64,000 nucleotides of DNA from Salpingoeca rosetta (Eukaryota; Protista; Choanoflagellata): positions 123,361-187,360 of the forward strand of contig JAWQFM010000023.1 of assembly GCA_033442325.1 (NCBI GenBank), read 5' to 3'. The stretch's first letter is position 1. Every line of letters starts with the position of its first letter. The position numbers and the translations under genes were made by a program. A model generated the notes under the pieces. That model was not told where the DNA came from, made no database searches, and saw nothing but the letters and a program-made list of their open reading frames with translations. Of this stretch, positions 1 through 30,101 are shown piece by piece.

Positions 1-131
1 CGCACGCGTACGCACACACACACGCGCGCGCGCACAAATACTCACATGCACACACTCGCTCATCCGCTTGTATGTGTACAATGCCTGCGTCCAAACAGTC
101 ACACCAAGTCACACACAGTCAATGCCAACGT

Positions 132-307
132 ACCTTCTCGTCGCGCAACTCTTGCAGTTTCGCTTCGATTTCGGACTCGGTTGCCTGGCCATGTTTGCTG
201 ATGCACCCGCGCGCACAGCACGTGCCGACACGAAATCCACTGTACGTCCCCTCCACAATGTAATGGAGTTGTGTGCTGTGTATGTATGTGTGTTGTGTGT
301 ATTTTGT

Positions 308-358
<51 letters not shown>

Positions 359-3300
359 ACGTTGACATGCGAGTGCCAGCAAGCATTTGGAGATGAGTGC
401 TTGACATGCCACGATTTGCAACAGCAGACACGCCAAGTCCCCCTGACCCAACTCCTCATACCTTGGCTTCATTGCAATCTCTCCCCCCCCCCTCTCTCTC
501 TCTCTCTTACCTTGGAAAGGCATCACGCGATTGCATCATACGGGTGCACTGCGACACGAATCGGCCGTCAACGAGACTGTCACTGAGGTCGTCCAAGCGT
601 TTTCGCTCCACAAGGACAGGCAGCATCGACTCGCCGCCATCTTGCCCACGGTACTTCCACCTGCACCGCGCACGCACGGGGTGCACGCAGTCAACAGCGA
701 CAGCACAAGGCACAGCAGGCAAATTGTGTGTGTGTGTGTGTGTGTGTGGTGACACGACATGTTTGTGAGACAAACGACACATAAATTGAAACAACGCTGT
801 CACACCATGGCATGTCGAGACAATCCTCTTTGCTCTATCCCCTTCACCCCTCTCTCCCCTCCACCACCGCCCTACCCGTAGTCGCCGAGTGCCAGTGCCT
901 CCGTTCTAAACGTGACGCCGGTGCGATCCAGCGCTGCGCACATCTCCTTCAGCAGGTGGTACCGCCCACCGCCCTCGCGCGAGTCGACCAGCAGCACAAC
1001 GGCAGGGCGCCGCTGGGGCGTGTCGTTGCCGTGGAGGTGGCCTCGGGGCTGGCGTGACGGCGGGATTGAACGGTGGGCAGATGAGTGGACGGGGGTGCTT
1101 GCGGTGTCGCCAGGAGTGGATGTGCGGTCGGACGTGGTGGTGGCGGCGGAAGCTGCGGTTGAGTGGGGCGACACGATGGAGGACTGGCCCGCAGTGCGTG
1201 TGCGAAGATGTCTGAGTTTCTCGCGTAAGGCCGTGGCGCTAATGGAGGTGTTATCAGAACGAGATCAGGCGGATTGAGGCACGAAATGAGATGGGAATCG
1301 TACTTGATTCGCGTGTACAGAGCTGCCCAATTTGCAGAACAGAGAGAGAGAGAGACGCTCTTGTGTGGCACCGATCATCAGATATTCTGTTCGCACAATT
1401 ATCACCACCATCAATCACTCAATTTCAAACACTCAATCACCATCAAACACTCAATCACCATCAATCACTCAATCACCATCAATCACTCAATCACTCATCG
1501 TCACTTTCCACAGCACAGCTGGTTACCCGAGCAATTGCGTGGTGTAGACACCCTTTGCGTTGAGCACGCGCGTACCCCGCATTCCAAGCTCCGTCAAGTG
1601 ATACACGGGTTGGCTGCGCCGCTGCCGTCGCTTCACATATCCCATCGACACGAGATTGTCCAGCCGCCGCAGCGCCTGGAAGGAGTGAATGTGTGAATGT
1701 GCACGTGCGAATGTGCGAACGTGAACGCAGAGCGGTTGTGTATGCGTATGTATGTATAAATGTGTTTGTGTGACTGCATTTGAATGGAAACTAGAGGGTG
1801 AGCTAGAGTCAACGCATTGAAGATTACTATCACTCCCTTTATGACAGGGGCGACAGTCACAATCTGAGACAAGGGGAGGACTGTACCGTGGATGCTGTGA
1901 GCAACGCATCGTCTTGGGTCGGATCACTCCGCTTTGCACGCTGCACACATGCACACACACACATGCAGGTGCAATGGAGATGAGTTGACGTGTAAGACAG
2001 AACACTCACATGCACACACGCACACACGCACACATGCACACATGCCCACATGCACACAGACATACATACAGACATGTAGTGCCATACGGCAACCGCAACA
2101 CACGCAGTCCATTGCAGCTTTCCGGGCACCTTGGCTGGGAGTTGCGTAATGTTCGGCAGTTGCGTGAGATCTGGCATGTGCTCGTCGCACAACGGTGCTG
2201 CGCGTCGCACAATCTCTTTGACGGGCACCAGCACTGTGTCCCCTGTCGACACACAAACGTGCACGCAGGAGCATATGCATGGATGTATGTGTGTGTGTGT
2301 GTGTGTCGTATGTACATTTGTTGCACATTAGATCAGCTGTGCTTTGCTCGATCAACCAAGTATACATTTGGCTGTGTAGCAGAGGCAGTGCAAGTGCGAG
2401 TCCTTGATGCAATCGCACCTTCGACAATGTAGTTGGCGTCTTCATCTGTCCCTGCAATCCCTTCCTCCTGCGCCTCCAACAGCGCAACCAGCATTGCTGG
2501 AGCCGCCAGCACAAACGGCTTGTCGTCACTTGAAGGCGGCTTGTACTTGCGCTTCTTCAGCTGACCCTTGGCCACAGATACCCCTGTCGTTTGTGCGTGT
2601 GCGTGCGTGTGTGTGTGTGTGTGTGTGAGTGTGTGTATGTGTGGGTGTGTGTGTGTATGAAAGGGGGTGGGATTGTGCGTGAGTGTGTGTGTGTGTGTGG
2701 GTGTGTATATGTTGGGAGTGCAAACGTGTGGGGCGCAACATGGAAAAGGACAGTCGCGGTTTTGACAAGTAGCAAAGAGGAAAGAACAAGAAGGTAGGCA
2801 GCAGCGACGCAAGAGCGTGTTTTGTCGGCTCGCAAGCTGCCACACCAAAGTGCCAAGAACACAGCCGTGTGCGTGTATCTTGTGTACAGTATGACATCTT
2901 GACACCTTGACATGACTCACAGGTTGATCCCAAGCCTGGAACGCAGGTCAGGTCATCTGGGGCGCGGATGGGCCATTCCATTGATAGCAATGACAAATGA
3001 GTGAGTGCTCTGCACAGCGATATGCCTCGGTCTCGACTGTGTCTGTGGGTAACGCGTGTGTAGTAAGTGTGAGTGCGAGTGTGAGTGTCGGTGTGAGTGT
3101 GTGTATGTCTGTGTGTGTTAATATGTGCGTGCGTGCGAGCGTGTGTGTGTATGTGTGTGGGAGTGGGAGTGTGGGAGTGTCTACCTGTGTGTGTGTGTGT
3201 GTGTGTCTGTGTGTGTCTGTGTGTGTCTGTGTGTGTGTGTGTGTGTCTGTGTGTGTCTGTGTGTCTGTGTGTCTGTCTGTGTGTCTGTCTGTCCGTCCGT

Positions 3301-3511
3301 CTGTGTGTGTGTCTGTTTGAGATGCCCTGGCTGGTGAGACTTGTGACCAACCAACACACTTGTGCGTGGCAAGTCATCAATGCAGCTTTCTCTTCGGTCT
3401 TCCCTCTTCCTTCGACCATTCAACCAACCTTGCTTTAAGTAAGTATCGCATGTAGGAAGCCAAGCACTGCTGCAGCTCCCACCGCATGTCCCTTCGCTGC
3501 CGCGAAGCCAT
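132..3511 (-). CDS. MUS81: MUS81-type structure-specific endonuclease (multi-exon; 3' end runs out of window)
   Basis: Exons give an N-terminal HhH region ([13 protein letters not shown]...[16 protein letters not shown]), a winged-helix-like segment (YKPPSS...MLVALL; [10 protein letters not shown]...YHLTELG) and an ERCC4 nuclease core (LLVDSRE...LALGDY; [20 protein letters not shown]; HYIVEG). ATG at 3511. Confidence 0.85.
1405..1495. repeat. 18-bp minisatellite (caccatcaatcactcaat-like, about 5 copies) in a MUS81 intron
   Basis: Direct tandem units visible at 1405-1495. Confidence 0.8.
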
Positions 3512-3764
3512 GGCTGCAACTGCGGTAAGTGGGGAGGGGAAGTGCGAGACACGAACAGCGGCAGCGAGCGAGCGAAGCAGACAAGCAGACAAGCAGACAA
3601 GCAGACAAGCAGCAACCACAACAGCCACAGCCGTTCAAAACGTTGGCGGACCGACAACGCAGTCGGAAATTGCTGACTCAGCGATTTTGTTTGGGCGTTT
3701 TTGCGTGGTGCTGTTTGCATTTCCAAGCTGTTGTTGTCGTTTGCGCCGCGGCACGACCACGACC

Positions 3765-14251
<10,487 letters not shown>

Positions 14252-14692
14252 CACGTGTGTGTGTGTGAGCGTGGATGTGTGTGTTTGCGTGAGTTGTCAG
14301 AGAGGCAGAGACAACGCCGAAGAGATGGAGAGAAGTGCTGCCATTCTTGCTTGTTGTGTTTTTTTTTCTCCTCCCTCCTTCTCACCGATGTTTCGTTAAC
14401 TGAATACATAAATTTCTACAACGGCCGAAAAAGAAACACAACGAACGGTTGGTGGGTGTTGTGGGTTGGTGGGTTGGTGGTGGTGGCATCGGGGCGGCAA
14501 GTACGACAACGAGTGGTGGTGGTGGTGATGTATTTGTGAACCAGCGTCTCACCCAGACAAACACACACACGCACCACTTGCCTGCTTGCTTCACATGACC
14601 GTGCTGTTGTTGTAGCATTCCATTTCTGTCTCCATCTCCGCAACAACGGCAAACCAACAACTACACAAACAACCACACAAACCAACATCAAC

Positions 14693-16562
14693 ATGGTATG
14701 TCGCCATGGACTGCTCTCTCGTGTGAAGGAGAGGGGTGCACTGCGACCACTTGTCTCTCTGTGTGACGCTTGCATCCGTGATGCTGCCAAGTTCTTTTGT
14801 TGTTTGTTTGTTTGTTTTTTGCACGCACGCACGCACGTATGCTCACACACATACACGGTGATGACACTCGTGTGATTGCTTGACTTGTCAGAGCTTCAGC
14901 AGCGAGCGTATTCAAGGTAAACAAAGACGTGCTGCTGGTGAAACGTGCATCGTGGCACGATGACTCCTTGAAGGCACCCTTGCCAACACTTCATGGTTCC
15001 CTCGCTCTCATCATCATCATCATCATCATCATCAACGCACGCACTACACTTGATTCACACCAACGCCCGTACACGCACGCATACACCAAACGCACACACC
15101 CAACTCCTGTGCATGCGTTGCTGCAGAGTTTCGGGAGGCGTTTGCCCTCTTCGACAAGCGTGGTGATGGCAACATCCGCGTGGGCGATCTCGGCACTGTT
15201 CTGCGTGCACTCGGCCAGAACCCAACAGAGGAGGACGTCAAGAAGATCCAGGCTGAGCTGGACCCAGAGGGTGCGTCTGTGTATTGTGTCTGTGTGTGTG
15301 TGTGCCTGTGTATGTCTGTGTCTGTGTGTGTGTGTGTATGTATGTGCGCGTGTATCTGTGTGTGTGTGTATTTTGATTTTCAACGCTTTGTTTATCTGCT
15401 TGCACTGCTTGATTGTCTTTCCACTGGTCTGCATGTTCGCCTGGTTGCTGGCAGTTGAGGCCTGCTTGCCTTGACTCTGTGCGCCATATGCGACCATCAA
15501 AGTGGCAAAGTGCAACTTCAATTCACCCACCACCCACACACCCTATTGTTGCCCCCATCTTCCATGCTTCTCTCCTCCCCTAAAGGCAACAACGACAAGC
15601 GCATCAACTTTGAGGAGTTTCTGCCCATCCTCGAGCGCGTCAAGGACAAGAAGCCGCATGGCACAGAAGCTGACTACGTTGAAGGTGGGTTGTGTGTGGT
15701 GGTGACGTCGTTCTTGTTCTTCTTGTTGTTCTTCTTGTTGTGATAGTTCTTCTTGTTGCTGTCTGCTCTTCTTCTTGTTGTTCTTGTCGTTGGTCTTGTT
15801 GCTCATTGCCTCGTGGGGCCCCGTAGTTGACTCAGACTTTGCTTCCCTTGCTGTTCTTCCCCCCCCTCCACTCCTGTGTCCGCCAGGCCTCCGCGTGTTT
15901 GACAAGGACGGAAACGGCACAATCTCCGCAGCAGGTAGTTGGATAGAGTGACAGAAGTGGAGGGCCGCAAACCACCCCTGAAGGGTTGCGACAATGCGGT
16001 AGTCCAGCTACACGTCACAACACACACACACACACGCGCGCGCGCACGCACGCACGCGCACATCGGCAACGGCCTTGGTGCTTACATTTCCTCATGATGC
16101 GTGCTGCGTTTTGTGGCTGGTTCTTGTTGTGCAGAGCTTCGGCACGTGCTGACGAGTCTTGGTGAGAAGCTGAGCGATGACGATGTCGACGCGCTCCTCT
16201 CGCACGCACAGATGGACTCTGGAAACGTCAACTACGAAGGTGGGCCCGTGTTCCGAGAGAGCATGTGGCTGCTTGCTGGAGTGGGCGGTGCTTGTGAAAG
16301 CGTGGACATATCGTCCAACCATTTCCGGATCACGCACGTGTGATGCACGTATAGAGCCGCACACGCACACTCTCACTCACTTACTCACTCACTCACTCAC
16401 TCACTTACTCACTCACACACACACACACACACACACTCACTCACTCACTCACACTCACTCACTCACATACTCACTCACTCACTCACTCACTCACTCACTC
16501 ACACACACCCTCCCCCCTTTCCATCGTCCATAGAGTTTGTGCGCATGGTGATGAGCGGTTGA
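14693..16562 (+). CDS. Myosin essential light chain (MYL6-like EF-hand protein)
   Basis: [28 protein letters not shown]; [10 protein letters not shown]; [33 protein letters not shown]; [13 protein letters not shown]. First exon is ATG only (14693). Confidence 0.93.
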
Positions 16563-17485
16563 ACTCTGCACTCGGGATGTCCAGAAAAAGCAAAAAGCAG
16601 ACATGCCATACGCAGCTGCATGATGCGGAGAGATTTGAGGAAGGGGGGGGGGTGCTTGAGTGTTCTTCTTGGGCTTTGTTCTTGTTCTCGTTCTTGCTCT
16701 CGTTCTCGTTCTTGTTCTTGTTCTTGTTCTCTTGTGTTTGTTTGTTCTTCTTCTTGGTGCTTGTTGTTGCCTCCATACAGTTACATGGCAGCTGTTCTGC
16801 GTCGTTGTAACAATGTGACATGACTGAAGACCACTTTTGAAGTGTGTGAGAAGCGAGAAGCGACTTTGGCGCACGCGTGCATACACTCAACGGTAGCATT
16901 GCTTGCCACACAAATGGCTGTGCGTTGATGTGCATCTGCATGACTGTGTTTGTGCGACTACTCGAACATGTGAGTCGACGCTTGTGTCTGACGTGTGTGA
17001 CTACACAGGATGAAAGAACCCAATGCAACGGTGTAATGTGTTGGAAACTGTGAAACGGTGACAGGAAATGCGAAGACGGATGTTGTTACAGCAACTAAAC
17101 ATGCACACGAACAAGTCTGGTGCCAATACAACAAACAAAAAGGTTTGAAACTCAAGGTGAAGGAGCCACAAGCAAGCACCGTTTGACCACGCAAACGTCT
17201 CTTGTCGCTTCTCGCTGGCTCACTGCACACTCGCACACACCCACTCACACACGCGCGCGCGCACTCACTCACTCACTCACACACGCGCGCGCACTCACTC
17301 ACACACACACACGCGCGCGCACTCACTCACTCACTCACAAGCACGCGCGCGCACTCACTCACTCACTTACACGCTCACCAACACACATGCGCGCACACAA
17401 ACACACACTCTGTCTCTTTCTCTCGCCTTAGTCCTACGACTCATACTTGGAGAAAAGCCTCGTTGTCGTCAAAAACATGTTTGGC

Positions 17486-18721
17486 TCAAGACGGTGGGGG
17501 GACAACGTCACCGCAGTCCAAGTTTGCCATCATTCGCTGGTCTGGGGCCTTTGTTGTGCATTCGTGGAACTTGTGCGCAGCCCAATCCAGCGAGTGCAGA
17601 CGGGAGCTCACGTGGAAGTCCTTGACGTGGTCCCGCACGGTGCTGTCGGGCTGGTCCAGTCGCCCTTCCGGGATGTTGAGCAGTGGTGGGCTGGCGATGT
17701 ACATGTGGTTGGCAGCGATGCGGTCCAGAATGCACTCGTCGGAGACGATGCAAGGAAAGACGGGGAGTTTCTCCAGCCAGACCTTGAGCGGCTGTGTTGG
17801 GTCGGCCGCATCCAGCTCCACAAACGGCATCCGCATCACGTCCTGGGCAAATGTTCGAGGGATCAGGTAAGCGATGGCGCCAAGATGACGGTTGAATTTG
17901 GGGCAAAGGCGGCCTCGCCCTGCCACTCCTTGAGGATCTTGTTCCACTCGTGCTCATATGTGGTCATCGCAAGACGAACCAGCTTCCACCCCTCTGGCAG
18001 CTGCTCAACAAAGTGTTCGGGCGATCCGAGAGCGCAACACGCTGAATGGCATCGAGGTGCGAGATGGCGACGGCGGCCTCCTTCAGGTGGACTGCAGGAG
18101 GCTTGTTCGGCTGAGCGACCAGCTGTTCCACTGACGATTGCGCCTCCTGCGGCGTGCCGGCCAGGCGCTTCATCACGTTGTCCCGCTCAGCACCATCAAC
18201 AGCGGAGATGCGTTCGGCTTTCCACAATCCAGCCACGCCTTCCTCCATCTGTCGCTGTCGGACAACATCGGCATCTCGGCTGATGTAAAGCACCGTGAAG
18301 CTGTCCCCAACAGATGCTGCAAAGTGGTTACACAAGCTCGCTGGCTGGGGATGGTCTCCCTGTGATTCCACCGCGGCGGCCGCTGTCTGTGCGTCGTGTT
18401 TACTGATCTGTGCCTGCTGTCGTCGTTGCTGCTGCTGCAGGTGTCGCTGTTGCTGTCGCTGGTTTGCCACTTTGCCACAATGTGCTGCATCATCTCGTAC
18501 ATCTCATTCATCTGTCGTGCCTGTTCACGCTCGGTTGTGTGCGCTGCGTTGGCACCCATTTCGCGACGAGATGGCAGGTCGCGCCCTTCCACCGAGGTGT
18601 CGGCATCACGCAACCGTGGGTGCATTCGTGAAGACCACACTGCGACGCCGGTCGCGCAGACGACCAACACCACCACAGCAGCCACAAGCACCCGTCGTCG
18701 CGCCATCATCACCATCATCAT
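17486..18721 (-). pseudogene. Intronless GT25-like glycosyltransferase with about 3 frameshifts
   Basis: N-terminal signal anchor (RRRVLVAAVVVLVVCATGVAVW). GT25-like motifs are split across frames: VLYIS..R...ERISAVDG, ISHLDAIQ; LPEGWKLVRL; GAIAYLI. No convincing introns at the shifts (about 18470, 18020, 17900). Confidence 0.6.
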
Positions 18722-18848
18722 CACCAGCGTCCACCGAAATCCTGAATTCAGTGGCGGGCAATCAAACAAAAAAAAACTGACCAACAAATTGTAGCCTGCA
18801 AGCAACAACGGATACAAGACAAGAGACAGCAGAGCAACAACGACGACG

Positions 18849-24216
<5,368 letters not shown>

Positions 24217-24631
24217 CATGCTCCCGTGGAGTCTGCTTGTTTGGTTGGTTGGTTGGCTTGTTGGTTGTTTGGTTTATACGTGTCACAAGAACTTACTTAA
24301 CCCCCACTCTACCCACACTGTTACTTACAGTTCTTTTACTCGATTGATTGTGTATGTCGACTTGTCAACTTAAAGTCTTAAAGTGTGCACAGATGCGACT
24401 TGAGTTCGAAATAAAGGGATGCACAACGTCGTGAAGGGTGTTAGTCAACAAAACGGAATGAAGCTCAGAATACAGATGAAGGCTGAAGAACGTATGGAGA
24501 GAGGAGAGAGAGAGTGTGTGTGTGTGTGTGTGCGTGTGTGTGCGCGTGTGTGTGTGTGTGTGCAGCCTGTCGGCAACAACAGAACAACGGAGCTGACTAC
24601 TGAAGCATTATCATAACGTGGGTGAACGGCA

Positions 24632-24937
24632 TCACTTGAAGACGAGAGAGATGCCAAAGAAGATGTTGAGGCAAAGGGCGAGCATCAACGCAACCTGCAG
24701 CTGCTGGCACGTGGCGCGCAGCATCAGCACCTCACCCGTTGCCTTGCCTGCACGCATTCAGTGACAAGGAAGAACACGGTAACAGGGTTGTGTGTGAGTT
24801 GGTTGGAAGAGTGCCGAGCAACCCACCAGTACCATGCAAGCGCAGATAGCAAGGGGGCAGCAACAGCGTCCCACTGCAACCAAGCAGTCACATCATTTGT
24901 ACATTGACGCGCGTCGATTCACACACACAACACAGAC

Positions 24938-24975
<38 letters not shown>

Positions 24976-26729
24976 ATGCGCTCACCCTGCACGCGGCGTC
25001 GGCGAATGGGCGCGACCAGCGGGTTGGTGTGGGTGCGCAGCTGCGTGATGACATCGGGACCAGAGCGGCCCGTGTTCACAATCTCGTTGAGCAGCGAGTG
25101 GCACTGCTCCTGCTGCTGCTGTGTCTTGCCCACAAACTCCTGGTCGTCATCGGGCAGGCCCGTGAAGGAGCGCGCCTGCTGGATCAGGTCTGCAATGATG
25201 CCCAGCAGCGTTTGGCCTGTCGCCACCACCTCGCGGTCCCGGCGCACGTCAATCTGCGACGGCAGGTTGTCGGCGAAAGTGCTGGTTTGCTCGCGCGCCA
25301 GCCCGGACTCGGCCTCGTACCGGTCCACACCTTCGAGGTCCTCGAGGTCCACAAAGGTGAACGTGCACGGCAGCGGCGTGGCGGTGGTGCTGCCAAGGAA
25401 CATGCCGCTGCGGGAGGGGTCTTGTCGCAAGGCAGCAAAGACGGCGGCTGCCACGTTGTCTGGCAATGCCTGCACGCAATCCGCCTGGTACGTGACGGCG
25501 ACGGCAGTGCCAACAGACTCGCTTTCCGTTTCGCGCAGCTGGACATGGGCGACAGGCGTGGACGCGCCAGCAGGCTGGATGCACACGCGCAGGCTGGAGG
25601 TGGTGGCGGAGGCGGCAAGGCTGGTGGTGAGGTGGCCCATCGCGTCCGTGATGCTGTTGGTGAGCTCGTCCGTCGTCTCACCAGCAGCGCACTGGAAGAA
25701 GCGGTTGCTGTTGGGCACAACCTGTGGAGGGGGGGGGGGGTGCGAATGAGAGAAGGGATTGGAAGGTGAAGGGATGGTAGTGGCAGGAAAGCAGGCAAGT
25801 GTTGTTTGCGGCAGAGTGTAAGGATACGCTTGCAGCTAGGAGGGGGGTGGAAGAAGGGTGTGTCATAACACAGAAGCAACAGAAGAAAAGAAGTAACAAA
25901 CGTACAGATGCTGGTCAGTGCAGGCACAGACGTGCGCAAGGGAGGCAAGTCGGACAAGTCGATCAAGCCGGACAGGCGGGTCTGTGCGCAACACACAGAT
26001 GCACATGCACAGATGCACACACCCACACATGCACACACGCACAGGAACACACGCACAGGAACACACGCACAGGAACACACACATACACATGAACACACAT
26101 CTGCTCACCTTTGAGAGGCGGTCAAGAAACTCGCCCTGGTGGTCGCCGCCAACGCCGAGAGCAAGCACGTTGACCTCGTTGGAGTGGACAGACAGGGCGG
26201 TAAACTCCTCGATGAGACGCTGCAGGTGCGCGAACTTGTCCTCGCTGGGCATCGACGCTTGGCCGTCCGTCATCACGACGAGGAACACGCGATGCTGCCG
26301 GTCTTGCTGGGCGCGGGCAACACCCAGGAGCATGTTCATCTCCGCAACGAGACGATCCACAACGATGTCAAAGTCGGTCAATGTGTCGCAGCCAAGGTTC
26401 TGAATGGTGCTGGCAACAGCAGCGGCGCCTTGGTCGTAAGGAAGGTGGCGCTCGTTGAGGACGTCGCTGAAGTTGCAGAGATTGGGGTGAACACCGTGTT
26501 GCATGCAGGCAGTGATGGCGTTTGCCAGCCCGGTGTTGACACTCTGCATGTGATCGCTCATGGAGCCGGAGTTGTCTGCGACGAAGAGCACGTGCATCCT
26601 GGCCTGGCGGCGCTCGGGGTGGTAATCCTCCATGCGCTGGCAGGTGACGGTGGGCTGGAACATGATGCGGTCGCCCTCCATGGCAACCATGTTGCACGTC
26701 GCCGTGTAGTAGGTGTCCGAGCCAGACAT
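24632..26729 (-). CDS. vWA (MIDAS) domain protein with C-terminal transmembrane tail
   Basis: Three exons (26729-26109, about 25722-24986, about 24747-24632). VLFVADNSGSM, TDF and VVMTDG form a complete MIDAS. Ends VALMLALCLNIFFGISLVFK*. Confidence 0.8.
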
Positions 26730-27729
26730 TTTGTCTTGCTGTCGTCTTGTCTTGTTGTCCTGTTGAGCTGTTGGCTTGTTGGTCCTGTTGTCTCTGTTGT
26801 CGTGTTGGTCTTGTTGTCGTGCTGGTCTTGTTGTCCTAGGCTTTGCCTGTGACGCTGTTCCGCGAAATGCTCACAGGACGGAAGGAAGGGGAGGCTGTCC
26901 TGACAAGCTGACAAGTGGGCTTGAGAAACAGTCCTCAGATGGTGTCCAGTTGAGAGTCGGTGTCTTTTCGGGTGTGGTTGGTGTGGTTGGTGTGTTGAAC
27001 CGCTGATTCGCTGTAGTTGGGGTTGGGGCGGCTGGCACTTGGCGGCGGTCCTCAAGGAGTCGCTTGGCAGTGGCCTGAGAGAGAGAAGGGGGTGGGGGGA
27101 GTGCGTGCTTTGCCTTCTTTGTCCTTGTTTGGCCTTGCTTGCTTGCTTGCTTGCTTGTCCTTCCTTCTTGCGTCTCTGTGTCTCTGAGTCTTGTCTGCTG
27201 CTCGGGGCTCTTGGACTTGTTGGAATCGACGACTGGAGGGAAAATGCACTTGTCGAACAACTTCATCCCACATTAGTTCCTCAATGCCAGTGGCACCAAA
27301 GAGCTAAGAGAGAGAGAGAGGGGGGGGGGCGGGGGCGGAGGGGGGCTTGTCTGCTTGGCGGTGTGGAAGAAGGAAGGTAATTGTGTGTCACTGAACAGTT
27401 GGGTGTGTCATTTCATGCCACATTGCAAGAGAAAAGACTCAGCAGTGTTTCTGTGCGCTGTTGTGAAATTCACGCACATCCTGCACTGTGTTCGCGGACA
27501 CAACCAACCATTGCTCACGACGGCGCTTGTCAAATAAGACTCAACAGTGTTCTTTGTTCCAACACCAGCACCGCGAGCAACCATTGCTTGTGTCAGACGC
27601 GGGACGGAAGGTCTGTCTCAAGGTCGTGTGTGAGTCATCCCAGCAGTTGTGGTGGGCGTGGCGTCCGCAAATTAATTTGTGCTGTTGCCACCTGTTGTTG
27701 TGTTGTTTGTGCTTCCCACCACCACGACG

Positions 27730-30066
27730 ATGTCGTTCAAGCCAGGCGAGGTGCGCTGCACTGGTTACTATCATGACGTGTTCCGTGGGCGGAGCAAGCG
27801 GGCGGCGGGCGCTTGTGCTCGCGTCATCACTCTCTTCTGCTTCGTACTTGCAGTTTAGTCATGTTCTCCACCACCATCGCCTACCTACCCCAGGTGGACG
27901 ATCTGGCATCGCTGCCTGACCTGAACCAGGAAGTGTTGTTGCGAGAGCTCAAAGTTCGCTATGAACGCGACACCATCTACGTACGTCTGTGTGCGTGTGT
28001 GTTGTGTGTGTGTGTTGTGTGTGTGTGTGTGTGTGTTGTATGTGTGTGTGCATGTGTGATTGTGGGACTGAACGTGACAATTCGCTTGTGAGCAGGATGT
28101 GCACTAACAGCTACCCCCTACCTTCCCACCTGCGCATCCGCTGGTACCACCACAGAGCTATGTTGGCGACATCCTTGTGGCTGTCAATCCGTTCAAGCAG
28201 CTGCCCATCTACACCACGGCTGTTCAGGTGGGTGCGCATATGTGTGTGCGCTGTGTATATGTGTGTGCGTGCATGTGAGCGTGTGTGTATGCAAGCGTAC
28301 ATTCACTGTTGACTGGAAGCCGGTGTCGTGCCTGAGCTCATGCACAACCACAACCACTTGTCCCCCCTCCGACACACACACACACACACACATGCACAAA
28401 CAGGAAGAGTATCGGAATGTGCTGCAAAAGGCAGACCGCCCACCACACATCTTTGCCATTGCGGACCGTGCTTACTACGACATGCTGCGCGATAAGAGGC
28501 ACCAATGCTGTGTCATCAGGTGAGCACCCCTCACCATGCCAACAGCCCTGTGCATTCTCGCTCATGACGTGCGCGTTTCCTTTACCCCTGCGTGCATTCA
28601 CAAGCCTATCCTGGTTGTGGTTGCTTCTCTGTGCACATCAGCGGGGAGAGCGGCGCCGGCAAGACCGAGAGTGCCAAGTACATGATACGCCACATCATTC
28701 ACCTCTGCCACTCAGGTGCGTGTGCGTGTGTGCGTGTGTGTGTGTGTGCGTGTGCGTGTGTGCGTGCGTGTGCGTGTGTGCGTGTGTGTGTGTGTGCGTG
28801 TGTGTGTGTGCGTGTGTGTGCGTGTGCGTGTGCGTGAGCGTGTGTGTGTATTCGGGTCCACAACACTTGTTGGTCACAGCACCCCATCTCATTCGCCTCT
28901 CTCTTCTCCTCCTCAATTGCCACCACACGACGTAGGCACGACGGGCGAGGTGCTTGAGAACCAGATCCTCCAAGTCAATCCCCTGCTGGAGGCATTTGGC
29001 AATGCCGCAACCATCATGAACGACAACTCGTCTCGCTTCGGCAAATACACAGAGCTCATCTTCGATGCAGAGGGCCACGGTACGCTCGATATGGTCGACA
29101 CGTGGCACGTGGTTGATGGAGCGCTGTTGACGCATTCATTTGACCCTGTGTGTATGTGTGCGTGCGTGTGTGAGTATGTGTGTGTGTGTGTATGGGCATA
29201 TGCGTATGCGTGCATGCGTGCATGCGTGTGTGTGTGCATGTGTGCGTGTGCGTGTGTGCGCATGTGTACACGAATCTTTGTCCTGTCATGTAGCCGCGTC
29301 TAACACCACCACCACCACCACCGCCGTCACTGTCGCAGTGTGCGGCGCCAAGATCTCCGACTATCTGCTGGAGAAGTCGCGTGTTGTGCAGCAGCAGCAC
29401 GGCGAGCAGAACTTCCACATCTTCCACTACATCTTCGCATCGCCATTCAAGGACAAATACGCCCTCGCCTCAAAGGACGACTTTCCGTCAGTCGCTTGTC
29501 CGTGTGGCTGCGTGTGCATGTGCATGCATGTGTGTGTGTGTGTGCGCGCCATTGCGTGCGTGTATGTACGAACACGTGCGCATACGTGCAAGTGTCTGTA
29601 TGTGTGCGTCATTGCCGGCGGGCATGCGCGCGCACTGTAGCAACATCTGCGTGCGTGTTTGACGATAGTACACCGCTTTTACTTCTGCCCTACCCTCTCA
29701 GCCTCACCAGCCCTATCCTGCCGGCGTGCCTGCATGCATCAGATACATCCGTGACGAGCGGCTGTTTAGCGATCGTGAGGCCGCCCACCAGCACGACATT
29801 GTCACGCGTGCGCTCAAGGATGTTGGATTCGATGACAATGTAAGCGGCTGTGATAGGTCCTCGGCTTCGTGTTGGGGTTGGTTGTGTTGTGTATTGTGAG
29901 CCTGCACATCCTGCCAACCTACATGGTTTCAGCATTGCTTGCATTCCCACGCACACATCCAACCGCCCAGGCGTCAAATACTCGCACATTCACCCACGCT
30001 CACACACACACACACAAACACAAACACACACAAACACATCATACAAACTCTCTCACACTCAAACGG

Positions 30067-30101
<35 letters not shown>

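Noticed and set aside
24834-25769. Long + strand ORFs opposite vWA (similarly opposite the MFS, NADK and MICAL exons)
   Set aside because: Antisense shadows of GC-rich coding exons with no recognisable motifs.
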